Sequence record: ON528736 | DNA from: Shigella phage ESh26 | Length of the DNA stretch: 64,000 nucleotides | Direction: 5' to 3' (one strand) | Shown here: piece by piece, positions 19,060 to 29,904 of the stretch | Layout of the letters: each line of letters opens with the position of its first letter | Position numbering within the stretch: position 1 is the stretch's first letter | Notes under the pieces: generated by a model | The model's input: the letters and a program-made list of their open reading frames with translations, nothing else | Told to the model about the DNA's origin: nothing | Databases searched by the model: none | Translations under genes and position numbers: made by a program

Positions 19060-20019
19060 TCACTTCCACTGCATTTCGCATGCTAATTGAATGAAAAGAT
19101 ATGCTAAATGTAATTCCGTATTAGCCGCAATTCCATGATATTGGTTATTTTCACCAACAATTTCATACATACGAATAATACTTTGCGGAGTTACGCGTGT
19201 ATAAATTTCTTCGGCAAGTTTACCTACGAACCACGAATAATCAGCTGCATATTTTGGCGCTAAAGCTCTGAGCTGTTTAACATCTTTATTTTTGAGAGAT
19301 TCAAGAACATCATCAATAGCACCACGATCGTTAGTAACCAGTGATAAAATACCAGCATCCAAAACACCTTTAGATGAATAACTATCGAGCTCACCAATAG
19401 TTTTACGAAAATCAGGAAAATTCTTTTTAACCAAAGCTGCTACAACTTTCATATCAGCTATAGCAATTCCTTCATGCTTGCAGATTTCAGTCAATCGACG
19501 AATCATCTGCTTCATCATTTCAATTTTATCTTCATCGGTCGGCTGACCGAACGTAATAACTCGGCAGCGTGACTGAAGCGGTTTAATAATACCATCAATA
19601 TTGTTAGCAGTAATAATAATACTACAGTTTGAACTATAAGCTTCCATAAAGGAACGAAGATGTCGCTGAGACTCTGCTAACCCTGAACGGTCAAATTCAT
19701 CAATAATGATTACTTTTTGACGACCATCAAATGAAGCTGCACTAGCAAAATTAGTCAAAGGACCACGAACGAAATCAATTTTACAATCTGACCCATTCAC
19801 AAACATCATATCAGCATTTACATCATGACACAATGCTTTTGCTACAGTTGTTTTACCTGTTCCTGGAGAAGGAGAATGAAGAATAATATGTGGAATCTTA
19901 CCTTTACTTGTAATAGATTTAAAGGTTTCTTTATCAAAGGCGGGAAGAATACATTCATCGATAGTAGATGGACGATATTTCTGTTCAAGAATGTGTTCTT
20001 TTTCATTTACAGTAATCAT
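19060..20019 (-). CDS. 44: clamp loader ATPase gp44
   Basis: AAA+ motifs [16 protein letters not shown]; start at ATG of MITVNEK (table start is TTG). Confidence 0.93.
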   Translation of the reverse strand: MITVNEKEHILEQKYRPSTIDECILPAFDKETFKSITSKGKIPHIILHSPSPGTGKTTVAKALCHDVNADMMFVNGSDCKIDFVRGPLTNFASAASFDGRQKVIIIDEFDRSGLAESQRHLRSFMEAYSSNCSIIITANNIDGIIKPLQSRCRVITFGQPTDEDKIEMMKQMIRRLTEICKHEGIAIADMKVVAALVKKNFPDFRKTIGELDSYSSKGVLDAGILSLVTNDRGAIDDVLESLKNKDVKQLRALAPKYAADYSWFVGKLAEEIYTRVTPQSIIRMYEIVGENNQYHGIAANTELHLAYLFIQLACEMQWK

Positions 20020-20051
20020 AATTTCCTCATTCAAGTTTTAGTGTAAATTAT

Positions 20052-20069
20052 AAAGGGCCGAAGCCCTTT
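20052..20069 (-). terminator. UUCG-loop hairpin between genes 45 and 44
   Basis: aaagggccgaagcccttt. Confidence 0.55.
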
Positions 20070-20070
20070 A

Positions 20071-20757
20071 TTAAAAATCGTGGGTAGAATCAGCTTCAAG
20101 AGCTACTACATAATTCGCGTGTTCACCTTCAAATTTAGCAGCACCTTGTTTACCTTTTGCCCAGAGCAGAAGTTTATAATTTCCTGGTTGCATTTTCATA
20201 TTTGCCATATTGATAATGAAATTAAATGTATTTTCACCATCATAATCACCAAGAGTCAAAGAATATTTAACGCGAGTCAAAGCAGAATCTTCTACTTTGT
20301 TAAAACCGTTAATTACAATTTTACCTTCTTTTACTGTGATAGCAATTGTATCAATCTGCAGACCACGAGATACACGCAACAGCTGTTGAAGGTCTTCAGC
20401 TTTAATTTCGGTAACAACAGATGCTACCGGGAATGGAATTGGTTTATTAGGAGCAACTACTGTACTCGGATCGGCTGCTGGCCAAAAAATTGTTGAACGA
20501 GCATCAGCAATTTTAATATTTCCATCTTCTGACTGGGAAATTTCTGCATCGTCATTAACTAAAGACAGAATACCGAGAAAACCGTTCAAATCGTAAATTG
20601 CTACATCAAAATCAATAGTGTCAGAAATATTTGCTTCCGCATAAGTTGTACCATTAACTGCGCGAGTCATAATAAATTGACCAGATTTAAGCATAATACC
20701 AGAGTTAATAGTAGCGAAATTTTTGAGCAGAGCAGTAGTATCTTTAGACAGTTTCAT
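20071..20757 (-). CDS. 45: sliding clamp gp45
   Basis: 228 aa, position. Confidence 0.9.
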   Translation of the reverse strand: MKLSKDTTALLKNFATINSGIMLKSGQFIMTRAVNGTTYAEANISDTIDFDVAIYDLNGFLGILSLVNDDAEISQSEDGNIKIADARSTIFWPAADPSTVVAPNKPIPFPVASVVTEIKAEDLQQLLRVSRGLQIDTIAITVKEGKIVINGFNKVEDSALTRVKYSLTLGDYDGENTFNFIINMANMKMQPGNYKLLLWAKGKQGAAKFEGEHANYVVALEADSTHDF

Positions 20758-20788
20758 GTAATTTCCTTCAATTCAAATGAGATTTAAT

Positions 20789-20813
20789 TTTATAACTAAT
20801 TTAATCAAGCAAT
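20789..20813 (-). promoter_or_regulatory. possible MotA-dependent middle promoter for gene 45
   Basis: Minus strand ATTGCTTGA (MotA-box-like) about 12 nt upstream of TATAAA. Confidence 0.35.
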
Positions 20814-21202
20814 TAACGATTAAAATCGGCAGCAATTGTTTCTGCAACAATTTGAGCAGCAACAATTAGACGTTCATCTGCATTACCACAATAATCATCT
20901 TCAAGACGTTCACCACATGAAGTCATAATAAATTTAGCACCAGCATTTAAAGATTCTGTCGTATGTTTGCGCATTAGTTCAATCCATTTATTACTTACTT
21001 CACGATCGATAGCTTCATAATACGCATGACGAGCAGGTGCAGATTTAATTTTGCTCTGAATAACTTCCATCGCGTTATCAGAAAGAGACAAAACCCATGC
21101 TCGACGAATTTTATTTTGGTTTTGTGGATTTGAATCAGAACGCACGTGTTTTGGCTGAATATCTTTTACATCAACAGTATAATTCACAGTAATTTTAGTC
21201 AT
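20813..21202 (-). CDS. rpbA: RNA polymerase binding protein RpbA
   Basis: 129 aa, position after gene 45. Confidence 0.7.
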   Translation of the reverse strand: MTKITVNYTVDVKDIQPKHVRSDSNPQNQNKIRRAWVLSLSDNAMEVIQSKIKSAPARHAYYEAIDREVSNKWIELMRKHTTESLNAGAKFIMTSCGERLEDDYCGNADERLIVAAQIVAETIAADFNR

Positions 21203-21211
21203 AATACACCT

Positions 21212-21400
21212 TTAGTCATAATAATCAGTAACAGTCCAAGCTTCATTCCTGTTGGACATTATTTTCGTATATTCTGATTTAAATGCATTCTTAAGCATAG
21301 ATTCAGTAACTATATGCTCTTCATTAGAAAAATTATTTCTCAGAATATATCGTTTTATTTCAGGAATAGTTAATAGATGCTGTCCAGTTGAATATTCCAT
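21212..21400 (-). CDS. hypothetical protein (45.2 position)
   Basis: 62-aa ORF. Confidence 0.45.
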   Translation of the reverse strand: MEYSTGQHLLTIPEIKRYILRNNFSNEEHIVTESMLKNAFKSEYTKIMSNRNEAWTVTDYYD

Positions 21401-21455
21401 GTTTTTCCTCCATAGAGATTATACTCTAATAAATTAAAGCATAATCTCTTATAAA

Positions 21456-23138
21456 TTAAACCATTACAGTAAATCGACCAACTTTCTTCATTTGAAGATG
21501 CTGACCATATGCTTGCGGGTCATGGTCTCTATGTGAAATAACAAAAACATTAGTATTTTTTAAACTATCTAAAATAGTTGAAATAGCTTTTACACCTTCA
21601 ACATCGGTTGCTGAATCAAAAACTTCATCAAGAATTAATGTGTTTATTTTAACACCTGAAACTTTTTCAGCAATATCACGCCAAGTAAATAAAAGAGCAA
21701 TATCAATTCGTGCTTTTTCACCTTGACTAAATGAAGCATAACTAAAATCTTCACGACCGCGGGATTTAATTGTCTCATTAAATTCTTCATCTAATGTAAA
21801 CACATAATCCGCTTCCATTATTTTAAGATAATGGTTAATCTGCTTATTAAATAATGGAATGTACTTTTTAATAATAGCACCTTTAATACCAGAATCTTTT
21901 AGCATATCAGTCAAAATTCCTCGGTGGTATTTTTCCATTACTAAATTAGTTTTTGTCTTAACAATTTTATCAAGTTCTTCTTGAAGCAGTGCTATTTCAT
22001 CAGCATGGTCAATAAACTCGGATGATGCTTTTTCTATAGCTGCTTTAACTTTTTTAGCTTTATCTACCGTCGTGATTAGAGATTGCTTTTTATTGCGAAT
22101 ATCATTCGCCAACGTCTGCTGGGTTTTAATATTATCTCGGTATTCATCAACGAGAACTTTTAAATTATCACGATGTGTTGAAAGCTGTTCAAACGAATGT
22201 GTGCATTCAGAAACTTTATCTTTAATTTTAGAAACAACTTTATCACCGGAACTTAATTGTGACAAACAAGTTGGACATAATCCACCTTCGTGATACATAT
22301 TAATGACTTTATTATACGAGTCAATTTTTGATTTAATTAAAAATGCTTCTTGACCGATTTTATTAAATGCATCAGTTGGATCTTCATCCAAAACAATATT
22401 AACTAATCTTTCATTAGCTTCTTCTATTTCCGATTTTAACGTTCTAGCTTCTTTTGCCAAATCATCATACATATTCTGTAGACGAGTAAGGTTATCACCA
22501 GTTAATTTTTTCTGGCGTTCAACGTTATCATTATATATTTTAATTTGTTGGATAATACTATCTTTTTTAACATCAAGCACTTGGTTTTGTGAATTTAATT
22601 CACGTATTAGTGCTTTATTGAGCTTATCCATTTCAGCTAATGTTCCTACCTCGAGTAGGTCTTCGACGAGTTTTCTTCTTGCAGGAGTGGATAGGCCCAT
22701 AAAAGGGGTATATCCAGCCGTGCCGAGTACGACGATCTGTTTGAAACTGGCGTATGACATTCCGATAAGCTGTTCAAATTCTGCTTGGAAATCTTTACTG
22801 CTGGCAGATTCATTAAGACGTGTACCGTTAACGGTGATTTCGAAAACGTTTGGTTTTTGTCCTCTTTTGATATAGTACTTTTTCTCATCATATTCCATCC
22901 ACAGTTCAACTAAAAGTTCTTTCTTATTCGTGCTGTTTATTAATTGACCTTTCTTTACATCACGAAATGGCTTGCCAAAAAGCCCAAATGTAATGGCTTC
23001 TAACATAGTAGACTTACCACCGCCATTTCGCCCAGTAATAAGAGTTTTTTGAACCTTATCTAGTTGAATGTCAATAGGATTTCCACCTACTGACATTATA
23101 TTTTGATACCTAACTCGGTTTAGTTTAAAATTCTTCAC
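21456..23138 (-). CDS. 46: recombination endonuclease subunit gp46 (Rad50/SbcC-like)
   Basis: 560 aa; Walker A GRNGGGKST, coiled coil, CPTC zinc hook, Walker B LILDEVFDS. Confidence 0.95.
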   Translation of the reverse strand: MKNFKLNRVRYQNIMSVGGNPIDIQLDKVQKTLITGRNGGGKSTMLEAITFGLFGKPFRDVKKGQLINSTNKKELLVELWMEYDEKKYYIKRGQKPNVFEITVNGTRLNESASSKDFQAEFEQLIGMSYASFKQIVVLGTAGYTPFMGLSTPARRKLVEDLLEVGTLAEMDKLNKALIRELNSQNQVLDVKKDSIIQQIKIYNDNVERQKKLTGDNLTRLQNMYDDLAKEARTLKSEIEEANERLVNIVLDEDPTDAFNKIGQEAFLIKSKIDSYNKVINMYHEGGLCPTCLSQLSSGDKVVSKIKDKVSECTHSFEQLSTHRDNLKVLVDEYRDNIKTQQTLANDIRNKKQSLITTVDKAKKVKAAIEKASSEFIDHADEIALLQEELDKIVKTKTNLVMEKYHRGILTDMLKDSGIKGAIIKKYIPLFNKQINHYLKIMEADYVFTLDEEFNETIKSRGREDFSYASFSQGEKARIDIALLFTWRDIAEKVSGVKINTLILDEVFDSATDVEGVKAISTILDSLKNTNVFVISHRDHDPQAYGQHLQMKKVGRFTVMV

Positions 23139-23350
23139 AAAAGATTCCTTTTAATGTATCTTTTAGACCATTCTATCATATCATCATAATCTAAAAAGTA
23201 TTCATCAAATTCAGCCATGCAAACAACACCTTGTGCTGCTTTTGATGTGATATAAATTATTCCAACATATCTAGAATCTTCTTCGGTGTAATCAATATTT
23301 GCTACGAATTCATCGTTAATGTCAAATGTCGAAAACTTCACAGTATGCAT
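23135..23350 (-). CDS. hypothetical protein (46.1 position)
   Basis: ORF after gene 46; start set at internal Met to limit overlap. Confidence 0.35.
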   Translation of the reverse strand: MHTVKFSTFDINDEFVANIDYTEEDSRYVGIIYITSKAAQGVVCMAEFDEYFLDYDDMIEWSKRYIKRNLL

Positions 23351-23585
23351 CCTTAATACAAGATACAGCCATATCTTGTAATGATTTAGGTGTGTCATTA
23401 TCTAAAATGTTGAAGTTAAAAGATACAGCCCAGTCAGTGCAGACCGTAACCTTTTTAATACAATTATCTTCAACCTCTAGCGGTTCAAACCAATATTCAA
23501 TAATTTCTTTATGCCCAATATCATCTTTTACTTCGCATTCAAAATGCTGACTCATCATAACATTTTTAAATTCATCAAAAGTCAT
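23322..23585 (-). CDS. hypothetical protein (46.2 position)
   Basis: 87-aa ORF. Confidence 0.4.
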   Translation of the reverse strand: MTFDEFKNVMMSQHFECEVKDDIGHKEIIEYWFEPLEVEDNCIKKVTVCTDWAVSFNFNILDNDTPKSLQDMAVSCIKDAYCEVFDI

Positions 23586-24601
23586 TGTGTTGCCTCTACA
23601 TATAACTGATTTGCATATTGAATAAGTGCTTCGCGGTCAGAATCAGTGATGTCTGGAATTGCATTAATGTATTCTTCCATCAACGTCTGAAGAGATTGAA
23701 CTTCAACTTCTTCACTATCATCTGACTCGACTGAGTTATCAATCTTTGACACAACTCGTAATGAATGCACAACTTTTTCTAGTTCAGATTCGAACTTCGT
23801 TAAATTTTTGTCTACTTCAGTTACTATAACACGCACTGATAGATTTGTAAAATCTTTATAGTCAATTTTTCCCTTAAATGGATATTGAATTCGACGATGC
23901 CAGGTGGTGTTGTTTGGAATAAATTCCATTCGTTCTGTTTCTGTATCAAACATCCAGAACCCACGAGGGTCATTCTCGTCACCTGCAGTTAGTGTCCATG
24001 GTGTCCCAATATATCTGACGTTAGCAGCCTCAGAGATAGTATGGAAGTGACCAGACCACACCTCTTTATAAGTCTTAAGGAAATCAGGTTCAAGACCGTG
24101 AGATTTCATTCCTTTATAAAAATAAAATCCATTCAGTTCCCAGTGACCAACACAAAAAGAAGCAGATGAAGTTTTGATGTGTTCAAGAATTTCACCAGTA
24201 TTTTCTTCGCACATCCAAGGAATTAAATCAATCAAACACCCGTCAAAATCTACTGTAGTAGGCTTATCATATACTTTAACATTAGGATATTTAGCCAAAA
24301 GCTCAGTAGAAGCATTTGGAGTTAAAGTATTTTTAAAGTGCATATCATGGTTTCCTACGACAGTATGTAGGGTAATACCAGCATCATCAAGCATTTGAAC
24401 TATTTCACGAGCGAACTCCATAGTTTTATGTGTGATTGCTTTTCGCACATCAAAAATATCGCCGTATTGAATCCATGTAGTAATTCCGTTTTTCTTAGAA
24501 TATTCTATTGCTTGTTTAATTCCATCCAACTGAATGGATTGAACCCACTCATCATCGGCTTTAACACCTAAATGCCAATCACCTAAATTTAAAATTTTCA
24601 T
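23582..24601 (-). CDS. 47: recombination nuclease subunit gp47 (Mre11/SbcD-like)
   Basis: 339 aa; phosphoesterase motifs GDWH, GNHD. Confidence 0.95.
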   Translation of the reverse strand: MKILNLGDWHLGVKADDEWVQSIQLDGIKQAIEYSKKNGITTWIQYGDIFDVRKAITHKTMEFAREIVQMLDDAGITLHTVVGNHDMHFKNTLTPNASTELLAKYPNVKVYDKPTTVDFDGCLIDLIPWMCEENTGEILEHIKTSSASFCVGHWELNGFYFYKGMKSHGLEPDFLKTYKEVWSGHFHTISEAANVRYIGTPWTLTAGDENDPRGFWMFDTETERMEFIPNNTTWHRRIQYPFKGKIDYKDFTNLSVRVIVTEVDKNLTKFESELEKVVHSLRVVSKIDNSVESDDSEEVEVQSLQTLMEEYINAIPDITDSDREALIQYANQLYVEATQ

Positions 24602-24761
24602 ATATCAAGAACCGTCATTGAAATGCAAAATAAAATTATTGAAATAAATCCATCTGGAGTGCTAAAGAACCCAATCCAACATGCTCTAGTGAATAGATAA
24701 AACGCGAGAAAAAGTATCACATATCCAAGAAATATCATTATATCAAACTCCGTATAAAGCT

Positions 24762-24779
24762 AAAGGGCCGAAGCCCTTT
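24762..24779 (-). terminator. UUCG-loop hairpin after alpha-gt
   Basis: aaagggccgaagcccttt. Confidence 0.55.
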
Positions 24780-25980
24780 ATTTTGTAATAATGTCAAACT
24801 GTTCTTTAAAGCAGAAGCTTGAATCTTGATGCTGATACAAAAATTCATAAGCTTTTTCGCGTTCACGGTCATAAAGAGCTCGGTCAGATGACAGTTCTTT
24901 AATACGCTCAAATGTTGATTCCATGTCATTTTCATCAAACCAAACGATACCGCTATCATGAGAAATTAACGGAGTATTATCAACACGGAATTTTAAATTT
25001 TCGCCAGTAGATTTCCAAAATACCGGAATTGTTCCGCACGCACCAAGCTCGAGATGAGTATATTCTAAAGAACGTTGTAGATATTTTTTGTCCAACTTAC
25101 TCAACTGATAACCAAATCCGGATTTACTCATGCGTTCAAGCATTTCGCTATTTACATAACGGTCGAGAATTTGCGTTGGCAAATTAGGAGCAATTTTAAT
25201 TTGGTCTACTTGATGAAGACGATAATACTCGTATGGAATTCCTTTTTCTTTAATAGGAATGAACGCTGGAGAACGTTCCAGACCTTCCATAATAGTACTT
25301 AGTCCAGCAGGTTTAAGATGTTTTTCGTGAAAATCAAACATCTGATAAAAGCCTTTCCATGTAGTCGTACGACCAATCCAACGGTTGACATTCATGTTAA
25401 TTTCAGAAACATCTTTCCAGTATGTTGATCGAACTTTCGCAATATCCATAGGAGGCTGAAAGTTGTATACGGTCGGTGCTTCTTCAATATCATCAAACAG
25501 AGAAACTGTTTCTGGATACCATTCTTTCATCAGAACTTTATTAAAATCACCATTATCAGAATGACTAAAAATAACATCAGCTCGGCGAACAGTTTCTTCT
25601 AATCCCAAATTTCGACGCAAAGAAAGAGAAGAATGGTCATGTTGATAAACTACAACACGAACCGAAGGTTTAATGTTATCAATAATTTTTTTATAGTTAT
25701 TAATAGTGTCTTCTTCGACTGAAGTAGCAGGAACTGAATTGATAATTAGAATATCACAATCATTTACCAGCTTAAGTGTTTTATCGTATTCTTTTGCCAA
25801 TAAAACCGGAATTGAAAATGATTTATAATCATGCGCGCAATTACGTGTAAATGATTTATCTTTAGCATAAACCAAAGTTACTTCATGACCATTTTTAATA
25901 AACCAATCACGCTGCTCAAGAGAAAATTTAGTTACGCCGCAACCTTCAAGACCTCGAGCCATAAAAATGCATACTTTCAT
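24778..25980 (-). CDS. agt: DNA alpha-glucosyltransferase
   Basis: 400 aa; N-terminus MKVCIFMARGLEGCGVTKFSLEQRDWF as in T4 AGT. Confidence 0.9.
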   Translation of the reverse strand: MKVCIFMARGLEGCGVTKFSLEQRDWFIKNGHEVTLVYAKDKSFTRNCAHDYKSFSIPVLLAKEYDKTLKLVNDCDILIINSVPATSVEEDTINNYKKIIDNIKPSVRVVVYQHDHSSLSLRRNLGLEETVRRADVIFSHSDNGDFNKVLMKEWYPETVSLFDDIEEAPTVYNFQPPMDIAKVRSTYWKDVSEINMNVNRWIGRTTTWKGFYQMFDFHEKHLKPAGLSTIMEGLERSPAFIPIKEKGIPYEYYRLHQVDQIKIAPNLPTQILDRYVNSEMLERMSKSGFGYQLSKLDKKYLQRSLEYTHLELGACGTIPVFWKSTGENLKFRVDNTPLISHDSGIVWFDENDMESTFERIKELSSDRALYDREREKAYEFLYQHQDSSFCFKEQFDIITK

Positions 25981-26030
25981 TTAATATCCTCATTGTTTTG
26001 GTTTATTTTACCAAAAATTTATAAAGCAAT

Positions 26031-26050
26031 ATAGGAGCCGAAGCTCCTAT
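26031..26050 (-). terminator. UUCG-loop hairpin
   Basis: ataggagccgaagctcctat. Confidence 0.45.
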
Positions 26051-26223
26051 CCGCATAATACACCGTACAGAGGCTCATTAGAGCTTCTAAATTTTATACG
26101 CTTATATGTTATAGTTCCTTCTGCTTTAGCTTTATCATGAGACTCTTTAAAGCGTCTCATCATTTCTACTTTAGAGGAACGAATTTTATTATAATCTATT
26201 TCAGAAGTCTGGGTGTTCATCTT

Positions 26224-26430
26224 TCACAGTTGCCACCATTTTTTGACTTGATAGGAATCAACCCACACTTTCATATTAGGGTCTGCTCTTACAATAGGAG
26301 GATTAACTTCTTTAATTGAACTATCATGGTATTCTTTTTCAGAAATTTTCACACAAAGATGACCATTCAAAGATTCAGTAAATCCGGCATTAATTTTAAG
26401 ACGCTTGAATTTTACGTGTGTAAGCATCAA
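26224..26430 (-). CDS. hypothetical protein
   Basis: 68-aa ORF. Confidence 0.35.
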   Translation of the reverse strand: MMLTHVKFKRLKINAGFTESLNGHLCVKISEKEYHDSSIKEVNPPIVRADPNMKVWVDSYQVKKWWQL

Positions 26431-26713
26431 TCATATCCTCAATCTGCGATCTAGTAGTCTTCCAAAGAATACTAATGAGTTCATCGTTATATGGCTGTTT
26501 TAGAATATCCCGACTTTTCTTGATAGCATATTCGTATTGAGCAAAATTATTGTTTTCAGCTGCAAGCTGAGCGTGCTTATAAAGACGGTTCAATTCGCGT
26601 TTGTTTTTAGACAATAACTTATTTGCTTTTCTTTCTGCTTCAAGACGGTTCTTTTCTTCAATAGAAGAAATAAGCTTTTCCACTTCATCATTAATTTCGG
26701 GTTTATCAGTCAT
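26396..26713 (-). CDS. hypothetical protein
   Basis: 105-aa ORF. Confidence 0.45.
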   Translation of the reverse strand: MTDKPEINDEVEKLISSIEEKNRLEAERKANKLLSKNKRELNRLYKHAQLAAENNNFAQYEYAIKKSRDILKQPYNDELISILWKTTRSQIEDMIDAYTRKIQAS

Positions 26714-26714
26714 A

Positions 26715-26933
26715 TTATTTCTCTAATATAAAATAAAAATCATCATCTGTTAAATGATACCGATAGTTTAATTCTACACCATTAGATTTAAAAGCGGTAT
26801 CATACGGATTTTCTGGATCAATATCAATGTCAAGAGCTAAAACTTCCCTGAGATACATTTTAAGTAAATAGGGAATAGCTTCAACTTCAGGTATTTCTTC
26901 CAAGAATCCGGAGAGGTTAATCGTTAGCCTCAT
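26715..26933 (-). CDS. hypothetical protein
   Basis: 72-aa ORF. Confidence 0.45.
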
Positions 26934-27480
26934 ATAAAAAATCCAAACTAGGAGAATCGTCTACAACACTTTTCTTTTCAGCCCCCGGTGTTCTATAGGT
27001 TGATTCTTCGTAATGCGTCATTTTATCGTAGATGTCTTGAATAAAAGTTTCATCTACTAACGCAACCATATCGTCGTCACGACTGTCATAGACATTGTGA
27101 ACGAAGTAACTGTATTTCTTTGCAACTTCCTTACGTTCTTTTTTAATACGTTGGACGAATGCATTAAAACAAGCTTGAGTTATATATGCATGTGGGTTTT
27201 TATATTTCGTTTCATCAAAATTATGAAGCCCCTTAATAGAAGCTTCTATACCATCTGCAATCATTTCTTGTTTCCAGGATTGGGTGTATCCTGAAAAGTT
27301 GAAACGTTTAGATAAGCCTTCTGCGATAAGCATAATGGCTAATCCGATAGTATCATTCTGACGAACTACTTTATTTGGGTCTTTATTATTTGCTAATTCT
27401 GTTTTCCAATCAATAATAGCTTGTAAAAGCTCTTTATTGTTTACGTAATTATATTTAGGCTTAGTTTCTGACATTTTCAC
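26917..27480 (-). CDS. 55: late sigma factor gp55
   Basis: 187 aa; matches remembered T4 gp55. Confidence 0.9.
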
Positions 27481-27552
27481 CTCTTAGCTCAATTCATAGA
27501 TCTATTATATCATAATATTTGAAGATCTATCTTAAAGCATAGAGGATATCAG

Positions 27553-27822
27553 TTATCTAAGTAAGCAGTATGCTTGGAATACTTTCTCCATCATCTTTTT
27601 AAATTCATGAATATCTATATAATGACTAGTTAAATCAGCATGATATAAAAAGTCTAAAAACTTTTCATGTGTGCTAGCATATTCACTTTCATTTAATTCA
27701 GAAACATGGCTTTCCCAATATCCAACACCAGTCTTATTTGGGAAAAATGAAATTTTCATGTATTGGTCAACATAGAAAATTCCATAATTTTCAATAGTAA
27801 TAGAAATATTAATAAATTTCAT
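27553..27822 (-). CDS. hypothetical protein (55.x)
   Basis: 89-aa ORF. Confidence 0.45.
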   Translation of the reverse strand: MKFINISITIENYGIFYVDQYMKISFFPNKTGVGYWESHVSELNESEYASTHEKFLDFLYHADLTSHYIDIHEFKKMMEKVFQAYCLLR

Positions 27823-28040
27823 ACATTCATCAACTTAGCCGCTTCAAGAGCTGCATCTAACGAATCAAACTGGTCAACGTATTCAATCAATTCGCCATAA
27901 TTAGCGTATAACCACCATTGGCTAAATTCATACTCAAGGATGAATCCATTTCCTTCAATTTGAGTTAAACCAATGCCATTTGTATTTACTTCATATCCGG
28001 CAAGACGCAAATCGTTAATAAGAGCTTCGTTCATATTCAT
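27819..28040 (-). CDS. hypothetical protein (55.x)
   Basis: 73-aa ORF. Confidence 0.45.
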   Translation of the reverse strand: MNMNEALINDLRLAGYEVNTNGIGLTQIEGNGFILEYEFSQWWLYANYGELIEYVDQFDSLDAALEAAKLMNV

Positions 28041-28363
28041 ACCTTAGCAATTTTCAGGTCAGCAAATTTTTTCTTGCGTTGATTTTTCATACGACGAATA
28101 GTTTTATCGGAAATTTCATGCTTTTGATAAGCTTTAGATTCTACGCCAAAAGCTTTAACATCAAATTCTGACAAGATATATTGAACCAACAATTCACGGA
28201 CAGTATTGCGCCCAATCTTCTGATCATTCTGTTTCATCGTCTGATGAAGCTCTTTTTCCCATTTATCCAAAATTTGAGGAGTTACAATATCACCTTTTTC
28301 TAGCAAAGAAACTACTTTATCATATGCATAAGAATTGATGGCGTTTTTAATTTGAATAGTCAT
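28037..28363 (-). CDS. hypothetical protein (55.x)
   Basis: 108-aa ORF. Confidence 0.45.
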   Translation of the reverse strand: MTIQIKNAINSYAYDKVVSLLEKGDIVTPQILDKWEKELHQTMKQNDQKIGRNTVRELLVQYILSEFDVKAFGVESKAYQKHEISDKTIRRMKNQRKKKFADLKIAKV

Positions 28364-28400
28364 ACATTATCCTCAATTACATTAAAATTTTATTATCCAA

Positions 28401-28416
28401 AAGGGCCGAAGCCCTT
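28401..28416 (-). terminator. UUCG-loop hairpin
   Basis: aagggccgaagccctt. Confidence 0.45.
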
Positions 28417-28615
28417 AGCTAAATTTTTTGGCACCCTTCCAGCCTTCGTACATCATTGCAGCTGATATTAATATTGCTCCTGCGCATTTTGAATATTTGT
28501 GATTCCAAAACCAGTTTAGAAAAACTTCGTCATCAATACCTTGGGCTATCATATTTTCAAAGAACTGACGACGAGCTTCAGCAATTCGTTGCGATAATTT
28601 AGATTCAGGATTCAT
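28415..28615 (-). CDS. hypothetical protein
   Basis: 66-aa ORF, hairpin at its 3' end. Confidence 0.4.
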   Translation of the reverse strand: MNPESKLSQRIAEARRQFFENMIAQGIDDEVFLNWFWNHKYSKCAGAILISAAMMYEGWKGAKKFS

Positions 28616-28747
28616 TTAAATTTTCCAGTTACCATTTTCATCAATAAATTTAATCCAGTCATTTACTGACCACTTGGTCGTATCGCCTTTTGGAGCAACA
28701 TTTAAAGTGTATAATCCTTGTTTAAAAAGCATGCGTTTGATATTCAT
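28616..28747 (-). CDS. hypothetical small protein
   Basis: Start set at internal MNIKRMLFKQ with GAGGAA RBS. Confidence 0.3.
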   Translation of the reverse strand: MNIKRMLFKQGLYTLNVAPKGDTTKWSVNDWIKFIDENGNWKI

Positions 28748-28754
28748 ATTTTCC

Positions 28755-29048
28755 TCAGCTATAACGATAACACTCGTTTGATTTACGCTTAGCAACTCGT
28801 TGAGAAGTATTGTAATCAAAATCATCGTCAATGTAAACTGATTTTTTCAACTTTCTTACTTCACCACGTAATTGACGATTTAGCTCATCTTTAACTTCTG
28901 AATCAATGCCTTTCATTCTACGCCATTTATCTGAGCGAAAAATGTTTTCAACCATATCTTTATGACTTACACCATCAGGAGCTTTACGCTTTCCGAAATA
29001 GTCATAATCACGAACTTTCAAGTCTTTACGACGATACGTTTTACCCAT
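28755..29048 (-). CDS. hypothetical basic protein
   Basis: Start set at internal MGKTYRRKDLK. Confidence 0.4.
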   Translation of the reverse strand: MGKTYRRKDLKVRDYDYFGKRKAPDGVSHKDMVENIFRSDKWRRMKGIDSEVKDELNRQLRGEVRKLKKSVYIDDDFDYNTSQRVAKRKSNECYRYS

Positions 29049-29223
29049 GGAGTTTAATTTCCTTAGCAACTGAACTAAATACAGCACGATCACAAATCAT
29101 CTGTTTATGTAACTTGAGTATAAGATAATAAACTTCAAAACCGTTTACATAAGTAACACGAACAACATTACCATTAATAAAATAATATTGTCCCTTTTTA
29201 ATTTCTTTATCAACCACAACCAT
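29041..29223 (-). CDS. hypothetical protein
   Basis: 60-aa ORF after promoter 29254-29283. Confidence 0.4.
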   Translation of the reverse strand: MVVVDKEIKKGQYYFINGNVVRVTYVNGFEVYYLILKLHKQMICDRAVFSSVAKEIKLHG

Positions 29224-29253
29224 ATCAAATCCTCAAAGGCAATTCATATGTTA

Positions 29254-29283
29254 ATAATACCATAGTTTGAACTTCTTGTAAAC
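29254..29283 (-). promoter_or_regulatory. early promoter
   Basis: gtaaac 29278-29283 with TATTAT-like -10. Confidence 0.45.
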
Positions 29284-29362
29284 AACTTTGTGAAATTATT
29301 TTAGGGAACGATAAGAAGGGAACGATAGATTAGAATGGTAATATACAGAATGCGAGAAAGAA

Positions 29363-29378
29363 AGGCCCAGAGGGCCCG
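29363..29378 (-). terminator. hairpin after nrdH
   Basis: GC stem ggccc/gggcc with A-run on plus strand. Confidence 0.4.
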
Positions 29379-29380
29379 TC

Positions 29381-29689
29381 TTAGTCTTCTATGATATCTC
29401 TATCATATCCAAGTGAAATGAGAGTTTCTTTGAAGTGTTTAATGTTCTTTTGTCTAGAATCATTGATGAAAATGACTGGATAACGAATGTTAAGAGATGT
29501 GAATCCAGCGCGTTTAGCAAGAGATACAATCAGTGGACGATCATACTCAATCTTACCATTATTTGTAAGAACTTTATAGAAAGTAAAAGGAGCATTGAGC
29601 TCCTTTAGAAGTTTTGTAACTGATTGACATCCAGGACAACGACCTACTTCATCTGGAATTCCATAGACTTCAATCTTATTTTGTTTCAC
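29381..29689 (-). CDS. nrdH: glutaredoxin/thioredoxin-fold protein (nrdH position)
   Basis: 102 aa; CPGC redox motif; adjacent to nrdG. Confidence 0.6.
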   Translation of the reverse strand: MKQNKIEVYGIPDEVGRCPGCQSVTKLLKELNAPFTFYKVLTNNGKIEYDRPLIVSLAKRAGFTSLNIRYPVIFINDSRQKNIKHFKETLISLGYDRDIIED

Positions 29690-29691
29690 AA

Positions 29692-29904
29692 CTATTCCTT
29701 ACTAAGAGCAGCATTCAGCTTATTAGTAATTTTATCCAGACGCTCATTGAACTCGCTAGAAGACAGTCCTTTTTCTGGAGAAATCAAACTAATCACGAAA
29801 AATATAACAATAAAAGGAATAAGGAAAATAGCTCCAACTGCCATAAACAAAAAGAATGTTACGGTTGTAAGAAAATCAGCTAAACCTTTACGAAATTTAT
29901 ACAT
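29692..29904 (-). CDS. small membrane protein
   Basis: 70 aa with one long hydrophobic segment. Confidence 0.45.
   Translation of the reverse strand: MYKFRKGLADFLTTVTFFLFMAVGAIFLIPFIVIFFVISLISPEKGLSSSEFNERLDKITNKLNAALSKE

Noticed and set aside
22646-22909. 87-aa minus-strand ORF inside gene 46
   Set aside because: Out-of-frame overlap with gp46; similar internal ORFs at 15118-15303, 4442-4651, 12575-12775, 50835-51050 and 51516-51698 were rejected for the same reason
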